The position numbers and the translations under genes were made by a program. Below the pieces are notes generated by a model. It saw only the letters and a list, made by a program, of their open reading frames with translations. It was not told where the DNA came from and did not search any database. DNA of 64,000 nt, from contig JANNXQ010000107.1 in assembly GCA_031409655.1 (NCBI GenBank), forward strand, positions 64,001 through 128,000, written 5' to 3'. This document shows positions 28,539-38,391 of this stretch, piece by piece (positions within the stretch are counted from its first letter, which is position 1; each line of letters begins with the position of its first letter). Source of the stretch: Chthoniobacteraceae bacterium (GTDB lineage Bacteria; Verrucomicrobiota; Verrucomicrobiia; Chthoniobacterales; Chthoniobacteraceae).

Positions 28539-29804
28539 CTAGGGCTGCGGGCGCAGCCGGTAGAAATGCCGCGCGGACAGCGGCGGCTCGAGGCGTTCGA
28601 GGAAGGGGCCTCCCGCCCACGGCAGCGGCGCCCACGATTGCAGATCGGGGGAGGTCTCGAGCGAGCCACCCTGCCAGTCGAGCTTCAGGAAATCTCCGGT
28701 GCGGGCGAGTGCGAGCGGACTCGGCGACGCGAGCGGTGGCAAGCCCACGGCGTCGATCGCCGTCCGCACATGGGTGAGGACGCGGAGATTGTTCAACCCG
28801 GTCGCGGAGAAACCGCTGGCTTGAAACAGGAAGATGATGCCGCGCAGATCGCGCTTCCGATCCACCCATGGAAATGTCCCGAACGCGCCCGGGCTGGTGA
28901 CTTCCTCGACGATACCGCTCACCGGATTCTGCGCGAGAATCCACGAGCCCATCCCGTAGTCCGGACGTTGCGGATAGGGGTAGTAGAGCGACGGCGGCCA
29001 AGGACTGTAATACTCCGGCAACCCAAGCGTCTGATTCGTGAAAAATTCCTGCACGCTACGGCTCGACATCACCGGCATCCCAGTCGTCGAAAGCCCGTTG
29101 TTCGTTACCATGCGAAGGAATTTCAGATAATCCTCCGCGCTGCAGCGGGCGCCGCCGGCGATGGCGGGATTCGGATCGAAGTAGAGGTAGTCCGCCGTCG
29201 TCATCCCGAGCGGATCGAACAGGATTTCGCGTGCGAGCGCTCCCCAACTCTTGCCAGTGGCGACTTCACAAATCCGCCCGACGACCTGCATCCCATCGCC
29301 CTCGTAGGAGAGCTGAGTGCCGGGTGGAAAAGCCACGGGCGTATTCTGCGCGATGAGATCGACGGATTGCGCCAGCGTCAGCGTGCGATCGGTCTCGTAC
29401 TCCGGCGCGTCGAGTTGCAGTCCCGACTTCATGGCAAAACATTGCCGGATGGTGATGTCGCCCTTTCCGTAAGTGTCGAAGATCGGGAGATAGTGCCCGA
29501 TGCGATCTTCGAGCCGGAAGTATCCGCGCTCCGCGCAGATGAGCACGACCGCGCCGGAAAGCCACTTGGTGCAGGAAGCAATGCCCGCCTTGGTATTCGG
29601 CCCGATCGCGCCCGCCTGAAAGCGAAAGATCTCGCCGCGGTCGCCCTGCTCGATGAGCGCGATCACGCGGTTGCCGTAGAGGGTCAGGTTATCCTGGAGC
29701 TGTGCGGTCGCGGCGGAGAGATCGTAAGTCTGCGCGCGGGCCCAATGATTCGTGAGCAGCGCAACGGAAGCGACCAGGATTGCGGAGCGAAAGTGCGGGA
29801 TCAT
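28539..29804 (-). CDS. Secreted serine hydrolase, beta-lactamase (AmpC-like) fold, with C-terminal extra domain
   Basis: SCTK (SxxK), FPPGTQLSY, SPGAFG; signal peptide; ATGA overlap. Confidence 0.85.
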   Translation of the reverse strand: MIPHFRSAILVASVALLTNHWARAQTYDLSAATAQLQDNLTLYGNRVIALIEQGDRGEIFRFQAGAIGPNTKAGIASCTKWLSGAVVLICAERGYFRLEDRIGHYLPIFDTYGKGDITIRQCFAMKSGLQLDAPEYETDRTLTLAQSVDLIAQNTPVAFPPGTQLSYEGDGMQVVGRICEVATGKSWGALAREILFDPLGMTTADYLYFDPNPAIAGGARCSAEDYLKFLRMVTNNGLSTTGMPVMSSRSVQEFFTNQTLGLPEYYSPWPPSLYYPYPQRPDYGMGSWILAQNPVSGIVEEVTSPGAFGTFPWVDRKRDLRGIIFLFQASGFSATGLNNLRVLTHVRTAIDAVGLPPLASPSPLALARTGDFLKLDWQGGSLETSPDLQSWAPLPWAGGPFLERLEPPLSARHFYRLRPQP

Positions 29805-30823
29805 GGCCGCGCAGACGGCGCCGGATGCGACGCGAAGAAACTCCAGATGGCGTCCGTGGCGTTCAGCCGGTTCGTCGCTTTGCCGAGGATGAATTCCGGG
29901 AGCGGCCTCTTCGCGCCAGGCCAGATATGACCGTGCCCGGCGATGGTCGTGAAGACGACTTCCGCTCCTTCGCGTCCGCCCCCATGGCGGACGCTGTTGA
30001 CCCCTTCCACGGAACACGCGAGCGGCTCCGCTTCCGCGGCTGCGCCGATGAGCTTAACCCACTCCGCCACGTTTTCGCGCACCGGCGGCTTGGCCTTTTC
30101 GGGCACGCCCTTGAAGCCTGCGCCGGAGGCCATCTTCGGCACGCCGCCTTCCATCGGGTTGATGGGATCGGCGGTGCCGGTGAGGTAGAGCAGCGACACG
30201 GGCCGCGCGCTTTTCGGCTCCGCAATCCAGAGCGCACCGGAGACCGGCGCGATGGCGGCGATGCGCTCGGAGAGTTCGAGCCCGACGCGGAAGGTCATCG
30301 ATGCGCCATTGGAAAAGCCAGTCGCGAAGACGCGGCGGCGGTCCACGGCAAATTTCGCTTCGAGGTGATCGAGCAGCGCGGCGATGAAAGCCACGTCGGC
30401 GACCTTGCGCTCGCCTGCGTGAAAGCGTCCGGAGCCGTCGTTCCAGGCAGGATTGTTGCGGCCAAACTTTGCCGGCTGCGTCGGGTCTGGTCGCGTCGCT
30501 TTGGGAAAGGCGACGATGAATCCCGCCGCATCCGCTTTCGCCACCCACTCCGTCTCCTTCACGCTCGCCTCGGGTGTTCCGCCCTTGCCGTGAAACATAA
30601 GCACAAGCGGCAGCGCCGTCTTGCCATCGTAAGCCGGTGGCAGGTGAAGGAGCGCGCTCCGCTCCAGATCGCCCGCCGTCAGCGCGACGGTCTGCAACTT
30701 CGCCGCCGCGAGGAACTCGGCGTCATCGCGAACTCGCTGCGCTCGCACCGCGGCCAAAGTGGTGATGACGAACATCCCGCAGCCGAGGACCGCGGCGGAG
30801 GCGCGAAGGGTGCAGCGTTGCAT
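29801..30823 (-). CDS. LpqC/PHB-depolymerase-like esterase
   Basis: PLVLMFHGKGG, GFSNG nucleophile, GTADP, GHIWPG. Confidence 0.85.
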   Translation of the reverse strand: MQRCTLRASAAVLGCGMFVITTLAAVRAQRVRDDAEFLAAAKLQTVALTAGDLERSALLHLPPAYDGKTALPLVLMFHGKGGTPEASVKETEWVAKADAAGFIVAFPKATRPDPTQPAKFGRNNPAWNDGSGRFHAGERKVADVAFIAALLDHLEAKFAVDRRRVFATGFSNGASMTFRVGLELSERIAAIAPVSGALWIAEPKSARPVSLLYLTGTADPINPMEGGVPKMASGAGFKGVPEKAKPPVRENVAEWVKLIGAAAEAEPLACSVEGVNSVRHGGGREGAEVVFTTIAGHGHIWPGAKRPLPEFILGKATNRLNATDAIWSFFASHPAPSARP

Positions 30824-30875
30824 GGTGAATGAGACGTTCAACCCACGTTGTGCGTTACAGTTTCCTGTCCGCGAA

Positions 30876-31904
30876 TCAGGGCGCGGGCTTGAGGTGCTGG
30901 TTGAACCATTCGAGTTCCAGCCGGGTTGCCTCCTCGAATCCCTCGCGATACACCCCGTAATGGGTGATGCCTTTGATCACTTGGTATTCCGCCCGCACGC
31001 CGCGCTCTTTCAACGCCGCGGCGATGCGCTCGACGTTCGCGTTGCTGCTCAGCTCTTCATTCTCCGCAACGACAAAGAGAATCGGCGTGGAGATTTTCTC
31101 CGCCGCCTCCGCGGGTGAGTAGCCGAGGCCCTTCGTCGGGTTCACGCGCATCTGCGTGTAGGTCGCCATCTTGCCCGTCATCTTCCCGGTCTCAAAGGGC
31201 ACCGGTTCGACTTCGCCGCGCGCCTGCTTGCTGAGATAATCAAAGGTGCGCGCGACGACTTGGGGCGTGCGCGGCGCACCCATGCCGGGAACTTGTGCGG
31301 CGGTGCATTTCACGCGCGGGTCGTTGCCGGCGGTCCACGTCACGAGACCGCCGCCGTAGCTGCTGCCCCAGCTGCCGATGCGCTCTTTGTCCACCTGCGG
31401 TTCGCCGGCGATGAAGCTGATCGCCGCGCGGATGTCCATGGCCTGATCGGCGAAATCCATCTGCCAGCGCACCGCGCGCGCCTTCACCTCGACGTTCCCA
31501 TCCGCGTCCGGGCGCGGCTGCTTTTCCGGGGTGATGAGCTTGCTGTCGCTCTCGCCCCAACCGCGATAATCGAACGCCAGCGCGACATATCCATGCTGCG
31601 CAAAGATCACGCCGAGCCGCGCTCCCGATCCACGCTTCGTGCCGCCCGTGCCCGCGCAAAGCACGATGCCCGGCAGCTTCGCACCCGCTCCGCGCGCCTT
31701 CGGAAAATAGAGATCACCCGCCAGGCGAGTACCATCGCTCCAGACGGTCACCGCGCGTCGCTCGACATCCGCCGGCAAGGTATCACGCGCCGCCACATCG
31801 CCATTGCGATCGAGCACCTTCACTCCGTCGGACAAACCACCATCTTGGGCGGAATTCGTCAGCGAGCTAATCGCTAGCGCAGGAATCAGGACGAGCATTT
31901 TCAT
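30876..31904 (-). CDS. Alpha/beta hydrolase (S15/CocE-like)
   Basis: FDYRGWGES, GSSYGG, THY catalytic His. Confidence 0.85.
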   Translation of the reverse strand: MKMLVLIPALAISSLTNSAQDGGLSDGVKVLDRNGDVAARDTLPADVERRAVTVWSDGTRLAGDLYFPKARGAGAKLPGIVLCAGTGGTKRGSGARLGVIFAQHGYVALAFDYRGWGESDSKLITPEKQPRPDADGNVEVKARAVRWQMDFADQAMDIRAAISFIAGEPQVDKERIGSWGSSYGGGLVTWTAGNDPRVKCTAAQVPGMGAPRTPQVVARTFDYLSKQARGEVEPVPFETGKMTGKMATYTQMRVNPTKGLGYSPAEAAEKISTPILFVVAENEELSSNANVERIAAALKERGVRAEYQVIKGITHYGVYREGFEEATRLELEWFNQHLKPAP

Positions 31905-32016
31905 CCCTCATCTATCCGGGAAACGCTTCGTGATTAGATACGGGTGAACGCTTCCACCGCACGCGATCCGTGAGCAGTCTTCAAGTTGCTCGCTCGGAGC
32001 CAGATTTCCGCTTCGG

Positions 32017-33624
32017 CTATTGGCTCGCCGCAAACCGACCCTTCCAATCTGTGCGCGGGGAGAGCGCCTGCGGCTTGATGTCGCCCAGGCGACGGCCGGC
32101 GGCGGTGCAGGTCGTGGAGAAAATGTGGTAGCCGCGGGTGACTGCAACGTAGGTGACCGGGCCGAGTTGGCCGAGGTCGCGGCAGAGGGCATAGTGGGGA
32201 TTCGTCCGCAGTTCGGCTTCGAGGCGGGCGGGAAGTTCGGGTGAGAAATCGCCTTCGGCGAAAAGGGTGTAGCACCAGCCTCCCTCGGCCGCGCACTCCG
32301 GGGCGAGCAGGGCGAAGCACGGCGCGCATCCGCAGGACGCGCACGCGGCCGCGATGGCGCGGGTGACAAACGTCTCGGTGAGTTTTTCGCCGCATAAGTC
32401 TGAGACGCTGGCGCCGCGGCCGAGGAAGCGCAGCGAGGGTGTCGCGCCGACGAAGCCGTCCACTTCCACGAGGTCGCCGAGCCGGTAGCGCCACAGGCCG
32501 CCGCTGGTGGTGACGATGACGGTGTAGCTCTCGCCGCTCCGCAGTTCGTGGGCGCGCAGCACGTCGCCGCGCGCGGCGGCGAACTCGAAGAAATGCGACG
32601 TGACGGCGAGTGGATGTTTTTCGCGAAAGGGAATCGAGACGAACGCTTCGGTGGCGAGCAAACCTTTGCTCTGCAACGCCACGCCGGGCAGCCGTCGCTG
32701 CAACTCGGCGAAAGGCAGCGCCGCCTGCGCATCGCCCCAGCAACTCACCAACCGCAAGTGCGGCCAGAGCGCGCGCGCGTCCGCCGGGCCGGCCCGCCGC
32801 AGTTCCGCAGCGCGGCGCGGGTGCGGCGGGGCATCCACGGCGGCGCGGATTTCTGGCGGTAGCTGAGCCGCGCGCTGGCAGCTCCCATTCGTCACATCAG
32901 CGACGCATTCCTCCCATCGTGCCGGAAGCGCATCCAGCAGCAGCGTGAAAAAGGAAGGGTGCCAGACCGATACGAGCCGCAACTCCGGCTGGCGCAGGAG
33001 GCAGAGCAGTGTGAGGTAGCGCGCCGTCTCCACATCCGCGACCAGCCGCAGCGCTGAAGGCACGGCGAAGGTGGACTCGGCGAGACGTTGCTGGAGGCCG
33101 CCGAGATACGCGCTGTCGTCATCGAAACCGATGGGCATCGCCGATGGCTCGTCGGAGGCGGGCATCGCGGGGGAGATGGACCAGTAGGCCGGGCCGAGCG
33201 GGACGGATGGATGTTGCCGGCAGAGGTCCGCCATCCACGGACCGATGGCGCGATTGAGTTCGCGCTGAAATGAAGCGGTGTAGGGGATGAGTTTTCGCCC
33301 GCCCGTCGAGCCGCTGGTCGGGACGAGGCGGGTGACGGGCTCGCGGGTGAGGACGGACTTTTCGCCGCGCACAATGCGCGCGATCCACGGCGCGAGATCG
33401 TCGTGGTCCACGATGGGCACGCGCTCGCGGAATTCCTCGTAGCTGCGGATGCTTTCAAAGCCGTGCGCGCGGCCATACGCACTGGCGGCGTCGCGCGCGA
33501 GCAGGCGGCGCAAAATATCCGCCTGCGTTTCCGCCGGACGCAGCAGCGCGCGGCGAAAGCGCTGCCACGCGCGGAGGCTGGTCGCGAGCCAAACCCCGTT
33601 CGCCAGCGCAGGGAACCACTTCAT
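32017..33624 (-). CDS. GH3-family acyl-adenylate/amido synthetase
   Basis: PTSGSTGGRKLIPY, LLATEA, GLWRYRLGDLV, GEKL; start at ATG 33624 (ATGA overlap). Confidence 0.85.
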   Translation of the reverse strand: MKWFPALANGVWLATSLRAWQRFRRALLRPAETQADILRRLLARDAASAYGRAHGFESIRSYEEFRERVPIVDHDDLAPWIARIVRGEKSVLTREPVTRLVPTSGSTGGRKLIPYTASFQRELNRAIGPWMADLCRQHPSVPLGPAYWSISPAMPASDEPSAMPIGFDDDSAYLGGLQQRLAESTFAVPSALRLVADVETARYLTLLCLLRQPELRLVSVWHPSFFTLLLDALPARWEECVADVTNGSCQRAAQLPPEIRAAVDAPPHPRRAAELRRAGPADARALWPHLRLVSCWGDAQAALPFAELQRRLPGVALQSKGLLATEAFVSIPFREKHPLAVTSHFFEFAAARGDVLRAHELRSGESYTVIVTTSGGLWRYRLGDLVEVDGFVGATPSLRFLGRGASVSDLCGEKLTETFVTRAIAAACASCGCAPCFALLAPECAAEGGWCYTLFAEGDFSPELPARLEAELRTNPHYALCRDLGQLGPVTYVAVTRGYHIFSTTCTAAGRRLGDIKPQALSPRTDWKGRFAASQ

Positions 33625-34340
33625 CGCCGGGAAAGCGCGGCCATCCGCCGGCCAGCGGGCGTCAGGTTGGCCTCGCTGATTTCCGTCAGGCACGCGAGCT
33701 CGTCGCCGTTGGCATGGCCGGGATTGCGCGCGAGGAAAAAGGCGATGTCGGCATCGGCGGTGCGTCCCTCCGGCACGTCGCGGAGTGGTCCGCGGAGTCG
33801 CTGGGGTTTGAGAAAGCGCACGATCCCGGCAGTGGCATCGTAGCAGTCGCCGTAGCGCGCGCGGGCGAGGTGCTCGAGCAGCGACTGGGTGCTCGTTGAC
33901 GCGCCGTGGCGGGGAAAAAACTCGCGCCAGAAAACCGGCAGGAAGCGGTAGGTGCGAAAGCCGGAGGTAAGCAGCAGCCAGTAGCAGGGCCGTCCCGGCG
34001 AGGCCGCGAGCAGATGATTCACGGCGGCGATCCAAGTGCGGGCGAGCGCGGGCGAGCCCCACGCCTCCGGCGCGACGATGGTGTCGCCGGAATAGATCGC
34101 GGTGAGCGGGCGACCGTCGAACTCTTCGCCGGAGACTAGGAGCGTGGAGAAGCCGAGCAGCCGACCGTCGCGCCGGATTTCCACCACCCAGTTTTTCTCC
34201 GCGAGATCGCGCTCGAACTGCTCTCGCGTCACCCCATCGAAATGTCGCGAGAGGAGCGCAAACATTTCGTCGCGCTGCGCTCCAGAAAGCGCGGCGCGCG
34301 GCAGCAGACCATGGACCGGCTGGGGCATCGTCCCGGTCAT
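33621..34340 (-). CDS. GNAT-fold-like protein
   Basis: LLGFST, YSGDTIVAPEAWG, SGFRTYR; operon-coupled. Confidence 0.6.
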   Translation of the reverse strand: MTGTMPQPVHGLLPRAALSGAQRDEMFALLSRHFDGVTREQFERDLAEKNWVVEIRRDGRLLGFSTLLVSGEEFDGRPLTAIYSGDTIVAPEAWGSPALARTWIAAVNHLLAASPGRPCYWLLLTSGFRTYRFLPVFWREFFPRHGASTSTQSLLEHLARARYGDCYDATAGIVRFLKPQRLRGPLRDVPEGRTADADIAFFLARNPGHANGDELACLTEISEANLTPAGRRMAALSRR

Positions 34341-35596
34341 AGCAGCGCCAAGTCGGGTAAAAATGCGCCGCACGTCTTCGGCGCAAGGAGCGGCGACATC
34401 CCTGTCGCCGACCCACCCACCGCGGCGGAGCCGCCCATATTTTCTGAAAGGAGATGGCTGTCACCAGCGAGCGCGGGGAGGATTTGGCGCTTCGCGCGAT
34501 CGGCAACGGCGACAGGGATGTCGCCGCTCCTTGTGGCGTCCGGCCAGCTCACGCGATATAGGCGGCTGCGCCAGGTGCGGGTGGAAAAGCGGCAGCGCAG
34601 CATGGGCAGACGCGGGTCGATGGTCGGGAGTGCGAGGGTGAGAAATTCCACACCCGCGCGGGCGGCCAGCGGGAAGAATACTTCGATGAAATCCGGCAGC
34701 ATCGCCTCCGCGCCTTCGGCGAAAGCGAGCGGCGAGAGGAACGCGTGGGCGAGCACCGCGCCCGGCCGCGGCAGGCGCGGCGTGCCGAGGACGCGGCTCG
34801 CGAAGTTCACGAACGGGCGAGCGACAGCGAGCGCGCGGGAATAGCCGTGAATCACCGTCTGCCGAAACCCGCGCTGATCCCAGAGCGCACCGCACGCGAC
34901 GACTTCATCGCCGTCGAATGCGAGAAGGAAACTCTCCAGTGGCAGGCCGTGCGTCGCCAACGCCGCGAGATTTTCCGCCGTCCATACCGCGGCGAGTTCG
35001 TGCCGCCGCCCGTGCTCGTTCAGCACGCGGAGCAAATCGGGAACGCGTTCCGGCGTCGCGGACTCGACCCGCAGCCGCGCGGTGCGGGGGCGACGCGGGA
35101 CGGCCACGAGCAGCGTGTCCAGCTCCGCGAGAAAGGCATACGCCGGCAGTCCGCGCACTCCGCTTTCCAGCAGCCGTCGGGCGCGCTCATTGTCGGCGGC
35201 GATGCTCGTGAAATAGACCGCTGCAGGGTCGTCGCGTTGCAACTCGTGGAAGAACTCGTAGCCGTCGCGCACGATCCCAAAGCGCCCGCGCGCCGCAGCA
35301 TCGAGACGCAACTCCGCGAGGTAACCGACCCGCGTTTCCCGCCCATCCACCCAGCACTCCCGCTCCGTGCAGCGCCCCATGCACACGAGCCGGGCGCCGT
35401 CATGCGCGATGATCGTTTGATCCACGCCGCCCGCGAGGTCCGCGCGGCGAAAGTAATCCGGCTCGCGCTCGAAGCCGACGCTCACCGCGCCGCGCATCGG
35501 GTTTTCGCGGAGCAGCCGCCGGAGCGCGGCATCGTCCGCACGCGTGGCGACGGCGAAGCGCGTCGTCAGTTCGCGAGGAGCAGCGGTCCCTGCCAT
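34337..35596 (-). CDS. GNAT-fold-like protein with in-frame palindromic insertion
   Basis: FEREPDYF, VGYLAELRL..AARG, SIAADNERARRL; start uncertain (ATG 35596 or CTG 35569). Confidence 0.65.
   Translation of the reverse strand: MAGTAAPRELTTRFAVATRADDAALRRLLRENPMRGAVSVGFEREPDYFRRADLAGGVDQTIIAHDGARLVCMGRCTERECWVDGRETRVGYLAELRLDAAARGRFGIVRDGYEFFHELQRDDPAAVYFTSIAADNERARRLLESGVRGLPAYAFLAELDTLLVAVPRRPRTARLRVESATPERVPDLLRVLNEHGRRHELAAVWTAENLAALATHGLPLESFLLAFDGDEVVACGALWDQRGFRQTVIHGYSRALAVARPFVNFASRVLGTPRLPRPGAVLAHAFLSPLAFAEGAEAMLPDFIEVFFPLAARAGVEFLTLALPTIDPRLPMLRCRFSTRTWRSRLYRVSWPDATRSGDIPVAVADRAKRQILPALAGDSHLLSENMGGSAAVGGSATGMSPLLAPKTCGAFLPDLALL
34384..34533. repeat. REP-doublet (REPIN-like) element, 27-bp perfect inverted repeats
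   Basis: CAAGGAGCGGCGACATCCCTGTCGCCG at 34384-34410, reverse complement at 34507-34533; span 150 bp. Confidence 0.9.
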
Positions 35597-36924
35597 GATT
35601 CGTCTCCGAGCGGGTAGTAGTCGCGCAGGCTCACGTCGCCGCGATGCATGGCGTTGATGAGGTAAAAATTCCGCCACATGAAACCGTTCGCGCGGTTCAC
35701 GGCATCGAGCCCTCGACGCATGATGCTTTTCCACGAATAGAACTGCCGCCGCGCGCCGAGGCAGCCGCGCTGCAACTCCTCCGCGCTCATGCCGTGCGGG
35801 ACAAACGGGATGCGGTTGTAGCTGTATCGGTCGTCGAGCCACCACGCGTCGTAGAGCAGGCGGCCTTCGTCCGCGAGGCGGCGGTAGAGCGGCGTGCCGG
35901 GGAAGGGCGTGAGGTGGTTGAACGCGGCGATATACATGCCGTGCTGCTGCGCGAAGTTCACCGTCTCGTCGAAGCTCGCGGGCGTGTCGCCGTCGTAGCC
36001 AAAGACGAACGTGCCGTAGATGCGGACGCGGTGCTTGCGGAGGTTCTCCAGCGCCTTCGTGAAGCCGCCGCGCGCCGTATTGAAGGTCTTGTTCATCGCC
36101 GCGAGGTTCGCGGGATTCAGGCTCTCGAAACCGATGAGCACGCCCTGGCAGCCGCTGCGCCGGAGCAGGTCGAGAAACTCCTCGTCGTGCGCCGCATTGA
36201 TGCTCGACTGCCCGACCCAGCGGATGCCGAGCGGGATCAGTTCGCGGAAGAACTCCTTCGCCTGTGCGAGGTTCGACGTGATGTTGTCGTCCACGAAAAA
36301 GAAGAGCTTCTTCGTGTCCTTGAGCGCGCGCAGTTCCGCGATTATCTCGTCCGCGGGCCGGCGCGTCTGGCTCTGCGAAAAGACCGTCTGCACCGCGCAG
36401 AAGTCGCATTTGAAATGGCAGCCGCGCCCCGCTTCCACGAGGCCGATGGGCAGGTAGCGCTTCCCGCGAAAGATCGAGCGGTCGGGCCGCAGTCCGCGCA
36501 GATCGGTGCGGCCGGTGGAGCGGTAGAATTTTTCCAGCCGACCGTGGCGGGCATCGTCGAGCACGCGCGGCCACAGCACCTCGGCCTCGCCGGTGACCAC
36601 CGCGTCGGCATAGCGCGCGACTTCATCCGGGCAGAGGCTCGGGTGGAAACCGCCCATGACCACCGGCACGCCTCGCCGCCGGTATTCGCTGGCGATCTGG
36701 TAGGCGCGTTTGGCGGTGTAAGTCTCCACGCTCATCGCCACGAGATCGGTCCGCTCGTCGAAGGGAATCGTCTCCATCCGATCGTCGTAAAACTTCACCT
36801 CCACATCGCGCGGCGTGAGTCCGGCGAGAGTGGCGGCGGGCAGCGGTTCCATCTGCCACGTGCGCACGTAATCGCGCTCGCCGCGCCGGCGCCCGATGCA
36901 GGGGTGGACGATGGTGAGTTTCAT
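35566..36924 (-). CDS. B12-binding radical SAM protein
   Basis: VVMGGFHPS, RGCHFKCDFC, FVDDN, PFPGTPLY. Confidence 0.9.
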   Translation of the reverse strand: MKLTIVHPCIGRRRGERDYVRTWQMEPLPAATLAGLTPRDVEVKFYDDRMETIPFDERTDLVAMSVETYTAKRAYQIASEYRRRGVPVVMGGFHPSLCPDEVARYADAVVTGEAEVLWPRVLDDARHGRLEKFYRSTGRTDLRGLRPDRSIFRGKRYLPIGLVEAGRGCHFKCDFCAVQTVFSQSQTRRPADEIIAELRALKDTKKLFFFVDDNITSNLAQAKEFFRELIPLGIRWVGQSSINAAHDEEFLDLLRRSGCQGVLIGFESLNPANLAAMNKTFNTARGGFTKALENLRKHRVRIYGTFVFGYDGDTPASFDETVNFAQQHGMYIAAFNHLTPFPGTPLYRRLADEGRLLYDAWWLDDRYSYNRIPFVPHGMSAEELQRGCLGARRQFYSWKSIMRRGLDAVNRANGFMWRNFYLINAMHRGDVSLRDYYPLGDESWQGPLLLAN

Positions 36925-38285
36925 ACGTCGGCGGTTTCAAAAACCCGCACCGGTGCCGACGGCGCGCGGCCGATGATCCAGTCGCAGTTGTAAAAGCGGC
37001 TGAGATTGTGCGCGTAGAAACGGTAGCCGAGATTCGTGCCGATGCGCACCGGCCACGGCGCGGGCGAGCGACGGAGTCGGCGGAAGATGCTGCGGAAACT
37101 GTAGGCGTGCTTCCACGCCGTCTCGATGCCAGTTTGCAGCTCTTCCACGCTCATGTGCTTCGGCTGAAAGACGACGTGCTGCGCGTCATAAAGCTCCCAG
37201 TCCTTCGTGAGGATGCGGCCTTCGGCTTCGAGGCGTTTGTAGAGCGGCGTGTTCGGAAACGGCGTGACCACGGCGAAGCGCGGGAGGTCGATCCCGGCCT
37301 CCACGGCGAACTGGGCGGTCTTCATGAAGACGTCCGGCTTGTCGTCATCGAGCCCGAATACGAAGCACCCCTGCAGCGCGATGCCGTGCGCGTGCAGGCG
37401 CTCGACGACGCCCGCGTAGTCGCCGGGTGAATTGAAGCCCTTGTGGTTCTGCCGCAGGTTCGTTTCGGAGATGGATTCCAGGCCCATGAGCAGACCCTTG
37501 CACCCGCTCCGCCCGCAGAGTTCAAGCAGCTCGGGATCATCCGCGAGCAGCGTCGTGGCGAGGCCATACCATTGGAGCCGCAGCGGGATGAGCGCGGCGA
37601 AAAGCTCCAGCGCGTAGCCGCGATGCGCGATGAGATTCAGGTCCACGAAGATGAGTTTCCGCGCGCCGTGCTGGCGGATGTCGGCGACGACTTCGGCGAC
37701 GGGCTTGTGAAACGGCTTCCGTCCCCACGCCGTCGGCACCACGCAGAAATCGCAGCTATGCACGCAGCCGCGCGTCGCCTCGAAAACATTGCTGGTCAGG
37801 AAGTGCCGCGCGGGCAGCAGATCGCGCCGCGGAAAGGGCCGCCCGCCGATGTCGAGTCCCGGCGCCTGCTGGTAGCGCGCCCGCATTTCGCCCGCGGCGA
37901 AATCCCGCAAGAGCTGCGGCCACGTGTCCTCCGCGTAGCCGACCACGAGCGCATCGGCGTGCGGCTCCGCGTCCTCGGGAATGAGCGTCACATGCGGTCC
38001 GCCGAGCACCACCGCGATACCGCGCGCCCGGAAGTGATCCGCCAGTTCATAAGCCCGCCGCGCCGTGCCCGTGATGACCGTGAGCCCGATCAGATCCGCG
38101 TCCAAATCAAGCGGCACATCCGCGATGCCTTCGTCGATCAACTCCAACTCCGCCGGCACATCGTCCGGCACCAGCGCCGCGAGGGTCGTGAGCGTGAGCG
38201 GCTGGTAGCGCAGCGACTTTTTCCAAATCCCGCCGCGATGCCGGTAGAGCGGACCTTTGGGGGAAATGAGAGCGATGCGAATCAC
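36921..38285 (-). CDS. B12-binding radical SAM protein
   Basis: VVLGGPHVT, RGCVHSCDFC, PFPNTPLY; GTG start at 38285. Confidence 0.9.
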   Translation of the reverse strand: MIRIALISPKGPLYRHRGGIWKKSLRYQPLTLTTLAALVPDDVPAELELIDEGIADVPLDLDADLIGLTVITGTARRAYELADHFRARGIAVVLGGPHVTLIPEDAEPHADALVVGYAEDTWPQLLRDFAAGEMRARYQQAPGLDIGGRPFPRRDLLPARHFLTSNVFEATRGCVHSCDFCVVPTAWGRKPFHKPVAEVVADIRQHGARKLIFVDLNLIAHRGYALELFAALIPLRLQWYGLATTLLADDPELLELCGRSGCKGLLMGLESISETNLRQNHKGFNSPGDYAGVVERLHAHGIALQGCFVFGLDDDKPDVFMKTAQFAVEAGIDLPRFAVVTPFPNTPLYKRLEAEGRILTKDWELYDAQHVVFQPKHMSVEELQTGIETAWKHAYSFRSIFRRLRRSPAPWPVRIGTNLGYRFYAHNLSRFYNCDWIIGRAPSAPVRVFETADV

Positions 38286-38391
38286 GCCGCAGAGGCTAGG
38301 TGTGAACGCAGGGCGCGGCAAAATTGAAAACGGCAATGCTGGAATCGATTTTTTGAATGCAACAATTCCCGAAGTGCCCGGGTATCTCTTG

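Noticed and set aside
28539..29804. Antibiotic-resistance beta-lactamase
   Set aside because: The SxxK fold is shared by many esterases; context is a hydrolase operon.
33625..36574. 829-aa and 745-aa ORF-track extensions suggesting GH3 or GNAT fusions
   Set aside because: The extensions are Arg/Ala-rich off-frame overlaps of upstream genes; coupled internal starts exist.
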